A stretch of 64,000 nucleotides of DNA from Candidatus Woesearchaeota archaeon (lineage in GTDB: Archaea > Nanobdellota > Nanobdellia > SCGC-AAA011-G17 > PNOQ01), in contig CAYFOF010000002.1 of NCBI GenBank assembly GCA_964344655.1, positions 56,768 through 120,767 of the forward strand, read 5' to 3'. Positions 29,716 to 39,398 of the stretch are shown piece after piece. Every line of letters begins with the position of its first letter. Within the stretch, counting starts at the first letter, position 1. The notes below the pieces were generated by a model that was given only the letters and a program-made list of their open reading frames with translations, did no database searches and had not been told where the DNA came from. Made by a program: the position numbers and the translations under genes.

Positions 29716-30390
29716 ATGACTCAAGAATTGAAATATAAAACAGAGGAAGCACGAGAAATAGAGGGTGCAACAATCCTAAATATTGAAGATCATGAAGATT
29801 TTCCAGAGGTTGAACCAGAACTTCCAGGATTTTCTTACAAACTTTCAGTTGCAAAAAGAATAGCTCTAGATTTAGTAGATCTAGCAAGAAATGGTCCATT
29901 TTACGAAAAAAAAGTAACTCAAGTACCACAACCATTTGGATACAAAAAATTAAGAACAATGTATGTTGGTGCAGAAAATGATTTACATGCCGTTATTGAA
30001 CAAAATGGTTTAGAAGGAACAGGCCATGTAAAAGATGATCCAAGAGTTACAGAGCTAGGAAAAATCTTAAGAAGAACTTCTTTAGATGAAATCCCTGGAA
30101 TTTTAAGTGTAACAAAAGGAGATATTGAATTAGTTGGCCCAAGACCAATAACTCCAATTGATGAAGAACATTTACCTCAAGAATATTGTGAAGCAATTAG
30201 AGGAAGATATGGATGGTTGCCTCCCTCAGGAATAAGACCAGGTAAAAAAACTCAAGAAATGAGAGTAAAAGAAGATTTAGCATTCCTAAAATTATTAGAT
30301 AAACATCCAGATAAAAAAGCAGAAATAATGGCATATTATGCTCCAGTAATTATTTTTAATTATTTAACAAAAAGAGTTAGAAACGAATAA
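29716..30390 (+). CDS. phosphoglycosyl (sugar) transferase, PglC/WbaP C-terminal domain family, lacking hydrophobic membrane hairpin
   Basis: KRIALDLVDLA aligns with KRIFDFILALV of PglC. GKILRRTSLDEIPGILSVTKGDIELVGPRP aligns with the conserved catalytic block (DE dyad present). The segment that forms the re-entrant helix is charged here (ARNGPFYEKK). Confidence 0.6.
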   Translation: MTQELKYKTEEAREIEGATILNIEDHEDFPEVEPELPGFSYKLSVAKRIALDLVDLARNGPFYEKKVTQVPQPFGYKKLRTMYVGAENDLHAVIEQNGLEGTGHVKDDPRVTELGKILRRTSLDEIPGILSVTKGDIELVGPRPITPIDEEHLPQEYCEAIRGRYGWLPPSGIRPGKKTQEMRVKEDLAFLKLLDKHPDKKAEIMAYYAPVIIFNYLTKRVRNE

Positions 30391-30690
30391 TTATTTCAAC
30401 AAATCAACTAACTCTTGTTCCATTTCTTTATGCTCTCTAAACTTAATTCTTATTTCAGAAGTTTTTCCATAACCTACTTTTTCACGTAATTCCCTTTCAA
30501 CACCCCATGGAATAATTCCATCCATAAAACAAGAATAACCCCTATCCCATGCCTCTTTATTCCACAGCAATGTATGTGGATTATCCTCAACAGATTTACC
30601 ACTATAAGCTGCTTTAAATCCCTCTTTAGCAGAACGAAGTTCAGAATTTACAATAAATCTCCTTTCTCCATCATAAGCTTGACACATCAT
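30391..30690 (-). CDS. small protein with Rmf-like motif
   Basis: AKEGFKAAYSGKSVEDNPH...WNKEAWDRGY parallels E. coli Rmf RGYQAGIAGRSKEMCPY...WLGGW. Confidence 0.3.
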   Translation of the reverse strand: MMCQAYDGERRFIVNSELRSAKEGFKAAYSGKSVEDNPHTLLWNKEAWDRGYSCFMDGIIPWGVERELREKVGYGKTSEIRIKFREHKEMEQELVDLLK

Positions 30691-30772
30691 GCAAATTTTA
30701 AATTAAAACTATTTAAATTAAATCAAATTAAAAAACAATCTTTTTATATTACTATATTTTATTACATTAAAA

Positions 30773-31462
30773 ATGATAAGAAAAATACTAAAAGAAATTA
30801 AAGAATCTTCAGACCCAGAAAGAGCAAAAAATTCTCTATGGTTTTTTAAAACCGGCCCAGGACAATATGGAGAAGGAGATAAATTTCTTGGATTAACAAT
30901 GCCCCAACAAAGAACAATTGCAAAAAAATACGTTAACCTTCCTTTTAGCGACATTCAAAAATTAATAGATAGTAAATACCATGAACACAGAATGGTAGGG
31001 TTAATAATTCTAACATACAAATACCCAAAATCAGAACAAAAAAAAGAAATATATGAATTCTACATAAAAAACTACGATAGAATAAACAATTGGGATTTAG
31101 TAGATGTAACAGCTCCAAGAATAGTTGGCGCATATTTACTGGAAAAAAACAGAAAAATACTATACGACTTTGCAAAATCCAATCATCTATGGAAAAAAAG
31201 AATTTCAATAGTATCAACATTTGCGTTTATTGATAAAAAAGATTTCAAAGATTCAATAAAAATTATAGAAATTCTACTAAATGATAAACATGATTTAATA
31301 CACAAAGCTTGCGGTTGGGCCTTAAGAGAAATAGGAAAAAAAGAAGAAAAAGTTTTAACAAATTTCCTAGACAAATATCATAAAATAATGCCAAGAACGA
31401 TGTTACGTTATTCTTTAGAACGTTTATCAGAAAAACAAAAGAAACATTATATGTCTAAATAA
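30773..31462 (+). CDS. DNA alkylation repair protein (AlkD/AlkC-like HEAT-repeat glycosylase family)
   Basis: NNWDLVDVTAPRIVG and WKKRISIVSTFAFI...HDLIHKACGWALREIGKK match the AlkD family pattern. Confidence 0.65.
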   Translation: MIRKILKEIKESSDPERAKNSLWFFKTGPGQYGEGDKFLGLTMPQQRTIAKKYVNLPFSDIQKLIDSKYHEHRMVGLIILTYKYPKSEQKKEIYEFYIKNYDRINNWDLVDVTAPRIVGAYLLEKNRKILYDFAKSNHLWKKRISIVSTFAFIDKKDFKDSIKIIEILLNDKHDLIHKACGWALREIGKKEEKVLTNFLDKYHKIMPRTMLRYSLERLSEKQKKHYMSK

Positions 31463-32136
31463 CTAATTTCACCAAAATTTCTAACACTTCCATCATCTCC
31501 AACAACAAAACAACTAAAATTAGAAATATCATCCAAAAACGGAGAAATAAATTTACCTCTACTAATATCACTTCCAACAGTTATCGAAGTAAAAGAAGGC
31601 ATAACAATTAAATTACTTTTCTTAAATTTACCAACCAAAAAACATTTAAATTTTTCAGAAGGTTTTTCTTTAAAAGAGACTGCAGGATGTTCGTGTGCAA
31701 TAATTACATTTTCTCTTAAATTATCAACTAATTTATCTCCATGTACAATTGTAATATCATCAACATCATACCTATCATATAATTTCATATCTCTCCTAAC
31801 TAAAATAGAATCCAAAATAACATCATGATTTCCCTTTATCACAATAACTTCTTTTTCATGTAAAAAATCAAACAACCCCAAAACCTCATCCCACTCTTGA
31901 GGATTAATTTTTCCAAATTCATGTTTTATATCTCCATTCAAAACAATTTTATTAATTTCATTTTCTGAAAATATTTTTCTTAATCTATCTACAATATCTT
32001 TATATTGAAATTTAGGAACTAACACTCCCTTAGAGCGCAATTGATCCTCATACCCCAATTGCAAATCCCCAATAATAAAAATATCTTTATATAAAATTCC
32101 TAAATCAACAATTTCAAACTTATTCAAAATTTTCAT
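31447..32136 (-). CDS. metallophosphoesterase (calcineurin-like); candidate Lhr-associated MPE nuclease
   Basis: Phosphoesterase motifs IIGDLQLGYE, LNGDIKHEFG, GNHD and HEHP. Last gene of the Lhr operon. Confidence 0.65.
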   Translation of the reverse strand: MKILNKFEIVDLGILYKDIFIIGDLQLGYEDQLRSKGVLVPKFQYKDIVDRLRKIFSENEINKIVLNGDIKHEFGKINPQEWDEVLGLFDFLHEKEVIVIKGNHDVILDSILVRRDMKLYDRYDVDDITIVHGDKLVDNLRENVIIAHEHPAVSFKEKPSEKFKCFLVGKFKKSNLIVMPSFTSITVGSDISRGKFISPFLDDISNFSCFVVGDDGSVRNFGEISYLDI

Positions 32137-32138
32137 AA

Positions 32139-32408
32139 TTATTCCGATACAAAATCTCTTGCTCTTTCAACCCCGGCTTCAAATCCATATTTATCAACAA
32201 ATGCTCCGACAATATTTCCTTCTGAGTGACCAATTTCTAACATATATTTAACAGCCTCTCTATGTGTTAATTCAAAATCTTTAGCTTCAAATGGAGATTC
32301 TGGTAACAATGATTTAGGATCTTTAAACGCTAAATTTAAATAATGATCTTCAAAAGCATCATCTTCTCCCAAATTCACATCTCCAACTTTTGCCGATAAA
32401 TCACTCAT
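32139..32408 (-). CDS. hypothetical protein
   Basis: 89-aa ORF in the Lhr operon. Confidence 0.3.
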   Translation of the reverse strand: MSDLSAKVGDVNLGEDDAFEDHYLNLAFKDPKSLLPESPFEAKDFELTHREAVKYMLEIGHSEGNIVGAFVDKYGFEAGVERARDFVSE

Positions 32409-32878
32409 TATCCTTTTCTACCAGACCTATAAAGCTCATAACCTAAACTAAGAGTATTAGTGGCCAACAAAATCGGATCAGCATCAGTAACCATGTTATA
32501 AGCTGCTAATCCCATAATTCCCAGTCTTGTTGTTAACCTAGACATATGTTTTGCTCCCATAAAAACTCTAGTACTTATAACTTTACTAGGATCAATAACT
32601 TCCGTAAAATTTTGCGGTAACCTATCTTTTATTTTTCTTAATGAAAGAGGGATTGCAAAAGCACTAACAACGCCCTCTAAAGCACCAATTGTTACTCCAG
32701 AAAGTGTACCCTTAAAAGCACTCTCACATAAACCAGTAGGACTGTAGTGTCCTCCAGGATTTTGACTTTTTATATAATTAATCGTTTCGTCTCTAGCTGT
32801 TCTAGATTCATTTTCTTTTCCAAATAAATCGTATCTCCAATTTCTATTTTTACAATCTAATGTCATTTTTCTCTCCAA
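32408..32878 (-). CDS. hypothetical protein
   Basis: 156-aa ORF in the Lhr operon. Confidence 0.3.
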   Translation of the reverse strand: MERKMTLDCKNRNWRYDLFGKENESRTARDETINYIKSQNPGGHYSPTGLCESAFKGTLSGVTIGALEGVVSAFAIPLSLRKIKDRLPQNFTEVIDPSKVISTRVFMGAKHMSRLTTRLGIMGLAAYNMVTDADPILLATNTLSLGYELYRSGRKG

Positions 32879-32916
32879 ATCACCTAAAAAAAGAAACTAA
32901 ACTCAATTTAAAAACG

Positions 32917-35529
32917 TTACGCACTAGAAACCAAGTCACTAATATCATTGTTCTGACCAATTTTAGCTAAAACCTGTTTATGCATTCTGTTAATGAACTC
33001 CATCCTATCTTCCATTTTCATAATATCCATTTTTCCCTGAGTTATCAAATTAAATGCAAACGGAGAAGGAATTCTATTTTCAACTTCATCAACAATTATT
33101 TTTCCATCATCGATCCAACCCAAAACATTCTTAGCATTATTTATATCCATTAAATCATAAAGTACTTCCCTTCTAGCTTCTTTCAAAATAGAAAAATCAT
33201 TACTAATTCTCTTCAAAGCACTATACAATATCATACTACTTACTTGCTGTCTACCGACATTTTTTTTCTTACCTTTATACTGTCTCAAAATCATTAATGC
33301 ACGTCCAGCACAATGTCTAAATCTTCGTTTTAAAATTTCACTTTTCTCAATAGCATCTTCCATAATTTCTAACAAATTATCTTTTTCTAATAAATAAAAA
33401 GCTTTCAAAGCATTCATGCTCTTTTTACTTGCAATATAAAAACCATTATCAGAAATTCCAATCTCAATATCTCTTTTATGTTGTTTACCTAAGACATATC
33501 CGACCGCTCTACTCAAAACATCATTAACTCTTCTTCCATATAATGTATGAAATATAATGTATTTTTTCCCTTCTTCATCATTATAATATTCTACTGTAAT
33601 CTTATTTTGATGCGGGAAAGAAGAATACAAATGTTGTTCTTTAAAGTATTTGTAAATAGCATTAGCCGCATTATCATCAACATACAAATAATTATTCACA
33701 AATTCAATTATTTCTTTCTTAGATACTTTCAAAATAAACCTTTCATCCATCAATTTTCTAAATCTTTGAATTTCCATTGCCAAATCAAACGACAATGGCA
33801 ACATTTCTGAAAACCATGCAGGAATTGTTGGAGACTTACCAGCGGCACTCCGAACTTGAGCTGTCATTCCTCTACTAAATAAAAATTGATAAGTATTTCC
33901 ACCAATAACAAAAATATCTCCTCTTTTTAACTTCTCTAAAAACCCTTCATCTATAACTCCAATAACATGATCTTTAATCTTAACTTTAACTCCAGTTTGA
34001 TCAGGAATAGTCCCAACATTAGTCATATTAATAACTCTACTCATCTTTCCTTTCTTGCCAACTTCTTTAGATTCCTCATCATACCAAATTTTTGCATAAA
34101 TATGTCTATCTTCTAGTTCAAAATACTCTCCAGATAAATATTTTATAATTTCCATAAAATCAGAATAATCTAAATCTCTATAACAATAACTTGATGTAAT
34201 AACTTTATACAATTCATCAATATCCCAAACTTTACTTATTGCCATGCTATGCATAACTTGTGCTAAAACATCTAATGCATTTTCGGGAATATGAATTCTA
34301 TCAATTCTCTTCTCAATTGCACTTTTTAATAAAACAGAAGATTCAATTAAATCATCTCTATCCGTAACAATTAATCTCCCTTTTACAGTTTCGCCCATTG
34401 AGTGTCCAGCACGACCAGCCCGTTGCAAAAACCTAGCAACTCCTTTTGGGCTTCCCAAAGATAAAACCAAATCAATCGAACCAATATCAATCCCCAATTC
34501 TAAAGAAGTAGAACAAACAACACATTTCATTTCACCATTTTTCAATTTATTTTCCAATTCATGTCTATTTTCTTTACTTAAACTTCCGTGGTGTGCTCCA
34601 ATATTCTCAGAATATTTTTTAGGGAATCTATTTTTCAAATTATGAACAACTCTCTCAGTTCCTGCCCTAGTATTTGTAAAAATTAATGTTGTTTTATGTT
34701 CTTGAATTAACTTATCTAACATTTTATACAATTTATTAGAATATTTTTCATAAGAAACATTAATCAAATCATCAACAGGAGATAAAACCTTCAAATCGAA
34801 TTTTTTCTTAAAATTAACTTTAGCAATTTTACATTTTTTATCTTTTCCAACCAAATACTTAGCAACTTCTTCTATTGGCTCAACAGTTGCACTTAAACCA
34901 ATTCTACACATATCTGGACTTATATGTTGCAAATGTTCCATTAATAAATTTAAATGCACTCCACGTTTGTTTTCAGCCAAAGCATGAATCTCATCAACAA
35001 CTAACCATTCTACAACTTGTAATTTATCATAAAATTTATAGCTCATCAACATTATTGCTAAACTTTCTGGAGTTGTAATCAAAATATGCGGAGGATTTTT
35101 CAACATTTTCTGTTTTTCACTCACAGAAGTATCTCCAGTTCTCACTCCAATTCTAATATCTTGTAAATCGACACCTTTCAAAGCAGCCAATTTTTGCATT
35201 TCTTTTAAAGGTTCATTCAGATTAACTTCAATATCTCTAGACAACGCTTTTAACGGTGAAACATATATTGCATACACTTTATCTTCCAAATTTCCATGTT
35301 CTGCAAATGTCAATAAATTACTCAAAATAGAAGTAAAAGCAGATAATGTCTTCCCAGATCCAGTTGGAGCAGACAAAAGAATATTCTCTCTGTTATTAAC
35401 TCTCATTACAGTATTTAATTGAGTTTCAGAAAGTCCTCCAAACTTTTTTTTAAACCATTCCCCAACTAAAGGGTTCAATTTTTTGAATATTTGACTTTCA
35501 CTATCCGGTTTTTCTACGTAAGTTATCAT
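32917..35529 (-). CDS. lhr: Lhr-like ATP-dependent DNA helicase (Lhr-core)
   Basis: Walker A SAPTGSGKT, DEIH box VVDEIHAL, a RecA-like second domain and a long C-terminal winged-helix/Lhr domain. Length 870 aa. Confidence 0.8.
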   Translation of the reverse strand: MITYVEKPDSESQIFKKLNPLVGEWFKKKFGGLSETQLNTVMRVNNRENILLSAPTGSGKTLSAFTSILSNLLTFAEHGNLEDKVYAIYVSPLKALSRDIEVNLNEPLKEMQKLAALKGVDLQDIRIGVRTGDTSVSEKQKMLKNPPHILITTPESLAIMLMSYKFYDKLQVVEWLVVDEIHALAENKRGVHLNLLMEHLQHISPDMCRIGLSATVEPIEEVAKYLVGKDKKCKIAKVNFKKKFDLKVLSPVDDLINVSYEKYSNKLYKMLDKLIQEHKTTLIFTNTRAGTERVVHNLKNRFPKKYSENIGAHHGSLSKENRHELENKLKNGEMKCVVCSTSLELGIDIGSIDLVLSLGSPKGVARFLQRAGRAGHSMGETVKGRLIVTDRDDLIESSVLLKSAIEKRIDRIHIPENALDVLAQVMHSMAISKVWDIDELYKVITSSYCYRDLDYSDFMEIIKYLSGEYFELEDRHIYAKIWYDEESKEVGKKGKMSRVINMTNVGTIPDQTGVKVKIKDHVIGVIDEGFLEKLKRGDIFVIGGNTYQFLFSRGMTAQVRSAAGKSPTIPAWFSEMLPLSFDLAMEIQRFRKLMDERFILKVSKKEIIEFVNNYLYVDDNAANAIYKYFKEQHLYSSFPHQNKITVEYYNDEEGKKYIIFHTLYGRRVNDVLSRAVGYVLGKQHKRDIEIGISDNGFYIASKKSMNALKAFYLLEKDNLLEIMEDAIEKSEILKRRFRHCAGRALMILRQYKGKKKNVGRQQVSSMILYSALKRISNDFSILKEARREVLYDLMDINNAKNVLGWIDDGKIIVDEVENRIPSPFAFNLITQGKMDIMKMEDRMEFINRMHKQVLAKIGQNNDISDLVSSA

Positions 35530-35662
35530 TATTCTAGCAAAATCTCCAAAATTGACCCTTTATAAAATCTATGAAAAAAGGGAAAAAAGAGGTGTAAGCT
35601 AATATTTGATTAAAATCTTTATATATCCTTCTCGCGTGTTTGGCAAGCTGTCAAGCTATCAA

Positions 35663-36331
35663 TTAACTTGGGGCCCAAACAGGCAATCTAGCTTTTTTCT
35701 CTTTTTTAATTTTATCTCCACCATCACCACCTAAAAATACCAAAGTATTTCCTTTAGGTGTAATCCTATACACTTCATCATCTAATACATTTAAAACACC
35801 TAATGCAGATTCATATCGACCATATAACCCTGCTGAATCGTAGGCTTCACCATATGTGACACGCTCTACTAGCCCTTCTTTTTCGGCAATTTCTATTCCT
35901 GGAGCATCTAACGATAAAAGGTGGTTAATATCAAAAAATTCAAGAATGTCTGAAGAGGTAAACATATCAGAAGGATGATTTTCCACTTCATCAATTGAAA
36001 ATGTATATAATTTTCCTTTAACAGAGTGAGGAAATTTTTCCCCGTATTTTCTAACTCTTTCAAAATCATATCCAACCCATTGGCCCGCCAAAGTTTTTTC
36101 CATTTTCAAAGAACATCCATCTTGAGATGGAACATAGAGGGGATTTTGTAAGATTGAACCTTCTAAAAATCCTAGCCTATATCTTCTGTCTGATAAGAAT
36201 TTCCAATATCGAGGATTAACCCCGAGTACAACATGCATGGACAATCTAGCAAAAAGATCTAATATTTTTTTAGGAGTTCTATGTTTCTTAAGATAATCCT
36301 TAACATCCCTAATACTTTTATCATTTGACAT
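35663..36331 (-). CDS. hypothetical protein
   Basis: 222-aa ORF upstream of lhr. Confidence 0.3.
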   Translation of the reverse strand: MSNDKSIRDVKDYLKKHRTPKKILDLFARLSMHVVLGVNPRYWKFLSDRRYRLGFLEGSILQNPLYVPSQDGCSLKMEKTLAGQWVGYDFERVRKYGEKFPHSVKGKLYTFSIDEVENHPSDMFTSSDILEFFDINHLLSLDAPGIEIAEKEGLVERVTYGEAYDSAGLYGRYESALGVLNVLDDEVYRITPKGNTLVFLGGDGGDKIKKEKKARLPVWAPS

Positions 36332-36333
36332 TT

Positions 36334-36726
36334 TTAATTAACATACAAACCTTCATTAGATTCTGAAAGTCCTTTATTTATCATTTCAGCAAATTCTTTC
36401 AAAACTTCAGTTTCTAATCTTCGAATACCTTCTGTAGCAAGAGTATCTGGATTAAATCTAAAACCATTTACTAATCTAAGATCCATAAATTTTCTCTCTT
36501 TCAATATTTTATGAACAAAATCTTTACTCACATGATCATAATAAGTTGATCTTCTACCCCCAATAAAAGCAGATAAATCTGAATATGTAGTTAAATCTTC
36601 ACCAATAGCTAATTGATAACTTTCTTCCATTCCATTAGGAGTTTCAAATCTTCCAACCATAATAGCAACGTTTTCCATAATAAAAAACACAAAAATTACT
36701 TTATAAACCTTTCCATTTGTTACCAC
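36334..36726 (-). CDS. hypothetical protein
   Basis: 130-aa ORF. Confidence 0.3.
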   Translation of the reverse strand: MVTNGKVYKVIFVFFIMENVAIMVGRFETPNGMEESYQLAIGEDLTTYSDLSAFIGGRRSTYYDHVSKDFVHKILKERKFMDLRLVNGFRFNPDTLATEGIRRLETEVLKEFAEMINKGLSESNEGLYVN

Positions 36727-36933
36727 TTAATAAAGATTATAAAAACATAAATAAATAATCAACAAAAACAAACCCATGAAACCAAAAATTCCTCTTCCAA
36801 AAGATTATGATTACAAAGCAACCCTAGAAGATTTAGACGAATCCGAAACAAAAGCTAGGGTAATGTTAGATATTTTTAAAGAACTTAAAAAAAGAAAACA
36901 AAAAAACCCAGAAAAATGCCCTTGGTGCAATCA

Positions 36934-37395
36934 TTAACTTAATTTTTTCCTATGATCTTCACCAACTATATAGCCCACACAGTTTTTTGAGCCACAATAA
37001 CACGGATGATCTCTATAATTTTCAAAATCATATCCATAATCATAAGTAATTTCATCACCTTTCTTAATATCTTTTATAGCAACAATCCAAATATGATTTC
37101 CATCATTCACAGTTTCAGCATTTGGATCACATGAGTGATTAATATATTTGGCATCATTCCAAGAAACATCTCCATCAATATCATATTTCTTATTTAATTC
37201 AAATAAATAAACTCCAGCAACTTCTTTTTCATTGCCTTTATATTTAGAATATCTTTCTTCAAAAACTCTATCACTTTCCTTTTTACTAATTTTTCTCCCA
37301 ACATATTCAATAATTTTAGATCCAGCAGGAATATCTACTTTAGCAAAAACTCCAGTTCCATGTACTTTTGATTTTCTCACAACAATATATGACAT
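36934..37395 (-). CDS. SET-domain protein (putative protein-lysine methyltransferase)
   Basis: Motifs GVFAKVDIPAGSKIIEYVG, NHSCDPN and ELTYDYG are present. A post-SET Cys cluster CYCGSKNC follows. Confidence 0.75.
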   Translation of the reverse strand: MSYIVVRKSKVHGTGVFAKVDIPAGSKIIEYVGRKISKKESDRVFEERYSKYKGNEKEVAGVYLFELNKKYDIDGDVSWNDAKYINHSCDPNAETVNDGNHIWIVAIKDIKKGDEITYDYGYDFENYRDHPCYCGSKNCVGYIVGEDHRKKLS

Positions 37396-37634
37396 CTCAA
37401 ATCATGGATTATCTCAATTTAAAAACTTTACCACAACAATCTATATAAATATGACAATGAAGAATTCCACCATGGCAAACCTTCAACAAAAATATCCAAC
37501 TGTAACAGAATTATTATACGACTTAAGAAATCAAGGACAAATCTCTTTTATGGTTCCTGATCAAATATTAAGAGTTCTAGATCCCTATTTACTAGAGGAT
37601 AAACTATATAAATCAAAAAATCCAAATCCAAATA

Positions 37635-38180
37635 ATGATTCTAGAAAGCTTGAGCAACGGACTTGAAAGAGCAATTTACATTCTAAGCCAACCATTAAGC
37701 AATGAAAATTTAATGTGGATTTTAGTTCCATTATTTTTAACATTAATTTTAATGGAACTTTACTTTGGAAGATACAAAAAAGAAGAACTTGGTTGGAATA
37801 CCGCATTCGGAAATTCATTAATTTTAATTTTCGTATCTGCAAATTTAATTAATCATTTAATAAACAATAATTTATGGGCAGATCCAGTAAAAGCAGGAGT
37901 AGTTTTCACACTGTTAATTCTGGGATTTACATTAACATTATTGGATTACTTCCATGCTCTGCCAGAAAAACTTGCATTTACAGTATCTTCAAAATTCCCA
38001 ATAAGTTTCATAGCATTTTTAGCAATATTATTTGTATACATTGACATTCCATTAGACACAACAACATTAGTTGCATTAACATTAATATTTTTAGCAGCAT
38101 ATTTGGTAATTTCAATAGTTCACTTCTTAACTCCAACATTCCATGGATTAATGTCTCAAGAAGTTCCTGATCCAGAATAA
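37635..38180 (+). CDS. integral membrane protein
   Basis: 181-aa ORF with about five hydrophobic helices. Confidence 0.35.
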   Translation: MILESLSNGLERAIYILSQPLSNENLMWILVPLFLTLILMELYFGRYKKEELGWNTAFGNSLILIFVSANLINHLINNNLWADPVKAGVVFTLLILGFTLTLLDYFHALPEKLAFTVSSKFPISFIAFLAILFVYIDIPLDTTTLVALTLIFLAAYLVISIVHFLTPTFHGLMSQEVPDPE

Positions 38181-38214
38181 AAAGTTTTAATAACAATTCA
38201 AAATTCTCAAAAAT

Positions 38215-38703
38215 ATGGATAGCGATTACTATGAAAATTTAATAGAAAAAACACCATACAAAGATTTGCCTTTTATAGGAAAAATTGCAAAGGGAATGAA
38301 ATTTGTAGAAAAAACAGTAAAAAGATTGGCACTAGCCATTCCAATATCATATTTTTTGTTTTATGCATGCACAGATGAGATTATATTTTCTAGGGTAAAT
38401 AAAAAAGAAAAATTCAATAAATCACAATTAGAAGAATTACTAAATGTTGAAAAAAAACAATTAGGTTGTAGCGAGGATATTGAAATAGTCATCAATGACA
38501 GAAACGGAGCAGCAGCAATAAAAGAAAACGGAAAATATAGAATAGAAATTGGAGAAAATTATAGAACCAGAGATATATTGAGACACGAACTATACCACAT
38601 CCACGATGGGCATGTGAAAGAGGGAGGAGTCTCTCCATTAGATTATATATTTTGGCTAGAGCCCCAAGCTAGAATCTTTCAGCTCACAGGAATAAAATTA
38701 TAA
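38215..38703 (+). CDS. hypothetical protein with HExxH-like motif (possible Zn peptidase)
   Basis: RHELYHIHDGH. Confidence 0.3.
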   Translation: MDSDYYENLIEKTPYKDLPFIGKIAKGMKFVEKTVKRLALAIPISYFLFYACTDEIIFSRVNKKEKFNKSQLEELLNVEKKQLGCSEDIEIVINDRNGAAAIKENGKYRIEIGENYRTRDILRHELYHIHDGHVKEGGVSPLDYIFWLEPQARIFQLTGIKL

Positions 38704-38708
38704 AAAAT

Positions 38709-38945
38709 TTAAGCTACCCTTTCATCAAGGGCATTTTCAGCTTGTTTTTGTGCAGCTTCTTGAGCTTTTTTTGCTTCAGCCTCTAAATCCACACCCAAAT
38801 CTTTCAAAGCTTTCATATGTGCTTGAATTAACTGATCAACAACTCCAACCATTTTAGCTAATTCATTTCTTTCGTTTCCTAAAGTGTTTAATGCACCCTT
38901 ATGAAAACCAATTAATTCATCTTTACTCATCTTTTCTTCTACCAT
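38709..38945 (-). CDS. small coiled-coil protein
   Basis: 78-aa ORF rich in K, E and A. Confidence 0.3.
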   Translation of the reverse strand: MVEEKMSKDELIGFHKGALNTLGNERNELAKMVGVVDQLIQAHMKALKDLGVDLEAEAKKAQEAAQKQAENALDERVA

Positions 38946-39133
38946 TTTTACCTCACTTATACTTTGATATTTGTTTTATTATCGCTTGTGAAATAAAATC
39001 TTCTTCATCAGCGAATAATTTAGTCTTGTCAACAACAGCTTTTACGCTGTCCATCAATTGTTTTGGTATTTTTACATCAATCACATCCATTTAATCACCT
39101 TTAAAATACAGAATTTTAACTACTATATAAATA

Positions 39134-39367
39134 TTATCTATGTTTATACGAATATCTACCCCCAAAAAATCCCCCCACCAACATAAATAATATCATTAAA
39201 ATTGGAATTACTATGTCTAAAATTGGTTCAAATGTAGAAGAATTTTTAAAAATTAAAACAATAATTAACGGAAGTAACAAAAATAAAACAAATAAAGATG
39301 CGAAATAACCTGCAACTCCACCAATAATAACAAAAAATGACACCTTAAAAAATTTCTTTAAATCCAT
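39134..39367 (-). CDS. small two-TM membrane protein
   Basis: 77-aa hydrophobic ORF. Confidence 0.3.
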   Translation of the reverse strand: MDLKKFFKVSFFVIIGGVAGYFASLFVLFLLLPLIIVLIFKNSSTFEPILDIVIPILMILFMLVGGFFGGRYSYKHR

Positions 39368-39398
39368 AAGAAATCACAATAATACAAATATATAAACC

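Noticed and set aside
29603-29959. 118-aa Leu/Phe-rich ORF on the minus strand overlapping the start of the sugar transferase
   Set aside because: It is low complexity, overlaps a gene with clear homology, and lies in the AT-rich promoter region.
37232-37666. 144-aa plus-strand ORF overlapping the 5' end of the SET-domain gene
   Set aside because: The N-terminal part is antisense to the SET gene. At most a short intergenic peptide (from about 37453) could be real, with no support.
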